Shown: piece by piece, positions 58,297-64,000 of the stretch
Layout of the letters: each line of letters opens with the position of its first letter
Numbering within the stretch: the stretch's first letter is position 1
NCBI RefSeq assembly: GCF_009914755.1
Contig: NC_060927.1
Strand: one strand, 5' to 3'
DNA: 64,000 bases
From: the human T2T-CHM13v2.0 reference genome, Homo sapiens
The notes under the pieces: generated by a model
Databases searched by the model: none
The model's input: the letters and a program-made list of their open reading frames with translations, nothing else
What the model was told of the DNA's origin: nothing
Translations under genes and position numbers: made by a program

Positions 58297-60752
58297 AGAA
58301 GTGAAATTCAAAAATACCTGGAGAAAAATGAAAATGTAATGTAAACGTAATGTAGCAAAACTTATGGGATCCAGTCAAAGCAACTTTCAAATAGGGAAGT
58401 TTGTAAGTTAATAGGCTCCAAATAAAAAAATAAGAGAGATCCTATTTAAACACCCTAATTATGTACTTCGAAGAACCAGAAAAACAAACTGAGCCCTAAG
58501 CCACCAAAAGTGAAAAATAATAAAGATTAAAGTAGGAATAAGTAAAATAGAGACAAAGAAAGAATAGAAAAGATAAATGTAACTAAGTTTTTTTTTAAGA
58601 TCAAATTGATAAATCTTCATAGAGAAATACTAAAAGAAAAAACAAGAAGACTCAAATAAATAAAATCAGAAATGAAAGAGGAGGCCTTGCAATAGATATC
58701 ATAGAAGTACAAAGGATCATAAGAAGACTATGAATGAACAACATATACCAATAAACTGGATAACTTAGAAGAAATGGAGACATTCTTAGACACATAAAAC
58801 CTACCAAGACCAAATCTTGAGGAAACAGAAAACCTGAACAGAATGATAACTAGCAAGAAATTAAAGTAGTAATGAAAATTCTTCTACCAAAGAAAAGCCC
58901 AGGACCTGATGGCTTTACTGTTGAGTTCTGCTACAGATTTTAAAAAGAACTTACACCAATCTTTCTTAAACTTTTCAATAACATTAACAAGAGAATACAT
59001 CGAAATTCAATTTACAAAGCAAGCATTACACTAATAGAGCCAGACAACAATAATACAAAAAAGGAAATTACAGAAAACTATTGCTGGTAAACATAGATGA
59101 AAAAGTCTTCAACAAAATACTAGCAAACCAAATTCAATATCACAGTAAAATAATCATTTACCACGATCAATTGAGATTTATTCCAGGGATGTCAAGATGG
59201 TTCAACATGTGCCAATAAATCTGATATATCACATTAACACAGTGAAGGACAAAACAACATGATTATTTCAATAGATGTAGAAAAATCATTTGACAAAATT
59301 CAGCATTACTTCATAATAAAAACTCTCAACAACTTAGGTATAGAAGGAATGTATCTCAACACAATAAAGGCCTGATATGACAAACCCACAGCTAACATCA
59401 TACTGCTAATTCATACTGTATGGATGGGATGCTGAGAACTAAGACAAGGGTGTTCATTCTTGTCACCTCTATTTTATGTAGTTCTGGAAGTCCTAGTCAG
59501 AGAAATTAAGTAAGAGAAAAAATAAAATACATCCCAATTGGAAAACAAGAAGATAAATATACCCTGTGTGCAAAAGACATAATTTTACATATAGAAAACC
59601 CCAAAGACTCTACCAAAAAACTATTAGAACTAATAAATTCAGTAAAGTTGCAGGATACAAACTCAACACATAAACATCAGTAATTTTTCAATACACTAAC
59701 AATGAACTATCTGAGAAATAAATCAAGAGAACAATTCTATTTACAATAGTATCAAAAACAAAATACTAGTAAAATGCATAGGAATAAATTTAACCAAAGA
59801 GGTTAAAGACCTGTACACTGAAAACTATAAAACATCAATTGAAGATTGGAAGAAGACACAATGATGAAAATATGGCCCACATTCATGGATTATAAAATGA
59901 GTATTATTAAAATGACTATACTACTCAAATCTACAGATTCAATGCAATACCTATGAATACACCAATAAAATACTACTGATATAGTAAAAGCCATCCTAAA
60001 TGTATATGAAACCATGATAGACTGAATAACCAAAGCAATCTTGAGAGAAAGAACATAACTGGAGATGTCACACTAACTTCAAAATATATCATAAAGCTAT
60101 ATTAATCAAAACAGCATGATACTGGCATCACAATAGATATGTAGACCAATGGAATAGAATAGAGAGCCCAGAAACAATTCCGTGAATTTACAGTTAATTG
60201 ACAAAGTTTCCAAGAATGCACGATAGGGAAAGGACGTTACCTTTCAGAAACCATGTTGCTACAACTGTATAGCCACATACAAAAAAATTAAATTAGATTA
60301 TCATCTCACACTATATACACAAATCAAAATTGATTAAATAATAAATGTAAGACATGAAACTGTAAAACTAATAGAAAATTTTAAAAATTAAAAAAAAAAC
60401 AGGAAAAACTCTCCACGATACTGGCCTGGACAATGATTTTTTTGGATATGGCCCTTAAAGCACAGGCAACAGAGCAAAAATAGACAAATGGATTATATCC
60501 ACCTAAAAAGGTTCTGCCCAGTCAAGGAAACAATCAACTAAATTGCCTACTAGTGTTATTTTCCTTCTCCATTTTAGTTTGAGATCCTTGAAGTTTGAAT
60601 GAACAAAACTGTTCATTCCATTTTGGAGAGTAGATATAGAATTTGAATTTATATCTTTTAACATATAGGTTTTATCTGACTTGTTACATGTTAGAGAATA
60701 TGTCAATGGGCTCACTGAATACCTTGATAGATTTAGATTTCTGAAGTAACTC

Positions 60753-60846
60753 AGTGTGTGTGAGAGAAAGAGAAAGAGAGAGGGAAATACAGAGAGACAG
60801 AGCCAGAGATAGAGAGAGACAGGGAGGGAAGGAGGGAGGAAGAGAA
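60753..60846. repeat. GA-rich low-complexity/microsatellite tract
   Basis: (GT)n then imperfect (GA)n/(GGGA)n. Confidence 0.85.
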
Positions 60847-61789
60847 CGATTTTATTTTTTCTCAGTATTTCTTAGTGTTTATGTTTCAATGATTTGTACC
60901 TAAATTCTGACATACATATCACCCAAATTATACAGTATCTGGACCCACTAACACATGTTTTGTTTGAGTTTTTATCCAGGTCACTGGAATCCACAAAAAT
61001 CTGCTTTATTTTTGTTTGTTAGTATCTGCCTACTATTTACAAATGGACTGAATAGGTACATAAATAGTTAAGTATTCAATTTCAGTCTAACTTTTCAGCA
61101 AAATATTTCAAGTTGGTTCTGCTTTATAAAATGACACTTACAAGTTTTAGCTATTTACTATTTGAAGTTAACTATTAATGTTGGTACATTTGGTTGCCAA
61201 GTTCAGAGAATATCCAATCAGAGCGACTTAACTCAAAAGCCATTCTGCCTTTATGTGTGCTGCTCTGAAATTTTTCCAACTACACCTTTGCTTAAGAATA
61301 AATTATTTCAAAAGAAGGAAAATATCATTGATAAAATTTACTCTTAGGGATCTTAGTATTTTTTTTCTTTCTAAATATCACCTCTCAAAATGTTAGACTT
61401 GTTAAATATTGGTGATTTTTATTCATTCAATAATAATAATATTGATGAAGATACCCAATTAAGCACATTCTACTATATAAACTATTTGGTATTTATAATA
61501 AAATTAAAATATGATTCCCAAATACAAGGAGAGTGAGTAGTCAGTAATACTTTTAAGCCATATTCATGCAGAATCTTAATGTGTTTTATTTCTTCAGCGA
61601 TAATCTTTATATATAGCACATTTGTAAGGATTTTTCTTATATTTCATATGTGACTTGTACAGAACCTTGTTACATTCTTTTATTAATATAGTTACTTTGA
61701 TCCTAGTTTTCTCAAAATTGCAATCAAAATAGTTAATTTATTTAATATCAAACTTATATTAAATCATCTTTATATCTCCCAACAGTACT

Positions 61790-62850
61790 TGAATACATTG
61801 CATTTATTTATTTTATATATTGCTGTAGATTTATTTTCTTTTAAAGTATGTTTACTTAGCATCAAGGGGCCATGTTCTAGAGTTGGGGTTTTATTCCAGC
61901 TTCCACAAATGTATAAAGTGGCTTTAATACATTTTCTGAGGTTCAGATTTTTCTGCTCTAAAGTGGTGCTAACAGCATAAACTGCTCAGAAATTTGTGAA
62001 TTTTCTTTGAGTCAACAAATCTGTTTCTATCTGATCTTCTCAAATAATTATTAGTTCTCCACAGTATTATAGCTGCTCTTAGCTATATATTTTTCTTCTT
62101 TTACTTTCTTTGGGTTTACTTTTTTTCGTATTTTATTTAAACACTTACCATATTTAAATAAATACTATCTTTTTTATATTTTATTTACTGAATACTATGT
62201 AGCAATATTTATCCCTAAATAACACTACTGCTTTAGATGCATGCCACACATGTTGATATTTATTATTTACATTATTGTTAAGCTCCACGTTTTTCTATGT
62301 CTGTTAAGAAATGTTTTACTGCATACATTATTATTATTATTATTATTTTTAATAATACTTTAAGTTTTAGGGTACAAGTGCATAACGTGCAGGTTAGTTA
62401 CATATGTATACATGTGCCATGCTGGTGTGCTGCACCCAGTAACTCGTCATTTAACATTAGGTATATCTCCTAATGCTGTCCCTCCCCCCTCCCCCAACCC
62501 CACAACAGTCCCCGGTGTGTGATGTTCCCCTTCCTGTGTCCACGTGTTCTCACTGTTCAATTCCCACCTATGAGTGAGAACATGCGGTGTAACTATTTAA
62601 CTATGTGATTTAAAGTCTCCAAGAAAAAAATTTGTCGTTGTTATTATTTTAAAACTGTTTTGAACTGTTTTCAGAGAAATATTGGGTATGATACAATCTA
62701 CGAGAATTCTTGGTAGCTGTCTTTGGAATATTAGTCATTCAAAAAGTAATTTTTCATGTCCACTTAAAACCAATAAAGTAATGTTTGTGTCCAGAAAAGT
62801 CTATGTACATTTGATTAAGTTTATTGAATGTGCAAGTCAAATCTTCTATA
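61790..62850 (-). mobile_element. Highly decayed L1M fragments, antisense, interrupted by an L1PA
   Basis: ACTGCTTTAGATGCATGCCACACATGTTGATAT and AATCTTCTATATCC resemble antisense ORF2 N-terminal region. Confidence 0.5.
62327..62590 (-). mobile_element. L1PA3/4-like 3' UTR-only insertion (about 260 bp) with an (ATT)n tail
   Basis: ATACTTTAAGTTTTAGGGTACA...CCCACCTATGAGTGAGAACATGCGGTGT. Confidence 0.95.
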
Positions 62851-62854
62851 TCCA

Positions 62855-63530
62855 ACAGTACCAGACATCAAAACTGAGTATAAAGCTATAGGAATAAATT
62901 TAGTGCAAGGATGTACAAACTGATCATTAGAACTAAAGACACTATAAAAATTGACCCAAGGTTTCCTGAATTATAAAAGTGGTAGCACTACCATTAAGAA
63001 GAGGGAATGGATGACGTTTTCAATAAATGAAATGGGGTCAACTGAATAAAAATGTAGAGAGACTATATACACACACACACTCAGACACATTGACCTCAAG
63101 TTCACAACATACAAAGAAATAAATTCCATGTGGACTGTGACTTTAAATGTGGAAGGCAAAAGAATAAACAGTGAGATTTGAGAAGACAAGTGTATCATTT
63201 TATATTTCAGTTATATAAGACAAATTATATATATCAATTATATAAGACAAAAAATATATATATCATGGTGATCTTGGTGTAGTCACAGATTTCTCAAATA
63301 GGAAACAGAAAAACAGTTAAATAATGGGGAAAATAAAGTTAACTATATTTAATTAACCACTTCCATTCATCAAAAGACACTGTTAATTACCTAATTCTGA
63401 AAAGAGGGTCTTCTATGAAAAATGTCTTTAAACCATAAAAGTTAAGAAAATTAGACAAATTAGCAGAAAAAAATCAAAACCCTTGAATGGACACTTCACA
63501 GAATGGGCCATTCAAATTTGCACTGACATA

Positions 63531-63566
<36 letters not shown>

Positions 63567-63770
63567 CCATGTATGTGTGATATATATGCTTATGACATAT
63601 ATATGTGTGACATATATGTGTGATATATATGCTTATGACAATGAAAAAAAAAACTGCAACCTGAAACCACTACAAACTTATGACAATTACTAAACTAAAA
63701 GATGCTAGAAAATACTGGTGTTAATAAGGAGATGGATCAATCAGAGCTCACAATTCTTTGTTAAGGAAGA
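62855..63770 (+). mobile_element. Old L1ME-type ORF2 3' region with embedded TA/TG repeats
   Basis: TACCAGACATCAAAAC...TATAAAGCTATAG, TTTTCAATAAATG, AAATAAATTCCATGTGGA, CATTCATCAAAAGACAC, TGAATGGACACTTCACAG. Confidence 0.65.
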
Positions 63771-63772
63771 AA

Positions 63773-64000
63773 TGTCCAGCACAACTCAGATTCTGTCTCC
63801 ATTCCTCCTAGAACAGGATGTTCTGCAAGACTTGTACTCAGACAGCTCAGTTGCATGCAGGTTATATAAACTCAGGATGGAGCACTTTTAGGGTCCATCA
63901 GCTGTAGTGCAATGTGGGGTACATGCAGACAAGACTCCAGTTATTTTAGGCAGCTGTTCTGAGCATTGGAGGACCACCTCACCATGAATCCTTAGCTTTT
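63773..64000 (+). mobile_element. MER54/MER74-like ERVL LTR (runs off the window end)
   Basis: TATATAAACTCAGG...GGGTCCATCAGCTGTAGTGCAA..TGGGG...AGACTCCA...GGCAGCTGTTCTGAGC...ATGAATCCT. Confidence 0.6.

Overview
This is primate (human-like) nuclear genomic DNA: AT-rich, CpG-poor and LINE-rich, typical of a gene desert or very large intron. I find no supportable host protein-coding gene, tRNA, rRNA or CRISPR array. The ORFs I can recognise are decayed L1 ORF2 pieces, antisense L1, or Alu/LTR open frames. Roughly 55-60% of the window (visual estimate) is transposable-element derived. That includes L1 elements of many ages (L1PA2-8, L1PB, L1MA/MB/MC/ME), Alu elements (FLAM, J, S, Y), MaLR solo LTRs (THE1, MST, MLT1), DNA transposon MITEs (MER58, MER44, MER5) and one internally deleted ERV1 provirus of the MER51 type at 12541-16373, with a tRNA-Arg primer-binding site and an env remnant. 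Subfamily names are from recalled consensus diagnostics and need RepeatMasker/Dfam confirmation. The most unusual structures are six. (1) A CRISPR-like repeat-spacer array inside an L1PB 3' end: six 39-bp L1-derived repeats separated by microsatellite spacers. (2) A triplicated TATA-to-poly(A) module in the ERV 3' LTR with no intact AATAAA left. (3) One endonuclease site used twice, by an AluSp and an L1PA, inside a twin-primed L1MA. (4) Up to three twin-priming inversions. (5) A fold-back palindrome at an L1 5' junction. (6) A clean orphan exon candidate in unique sequence. I cannot claim a new biological system from sequence alone.
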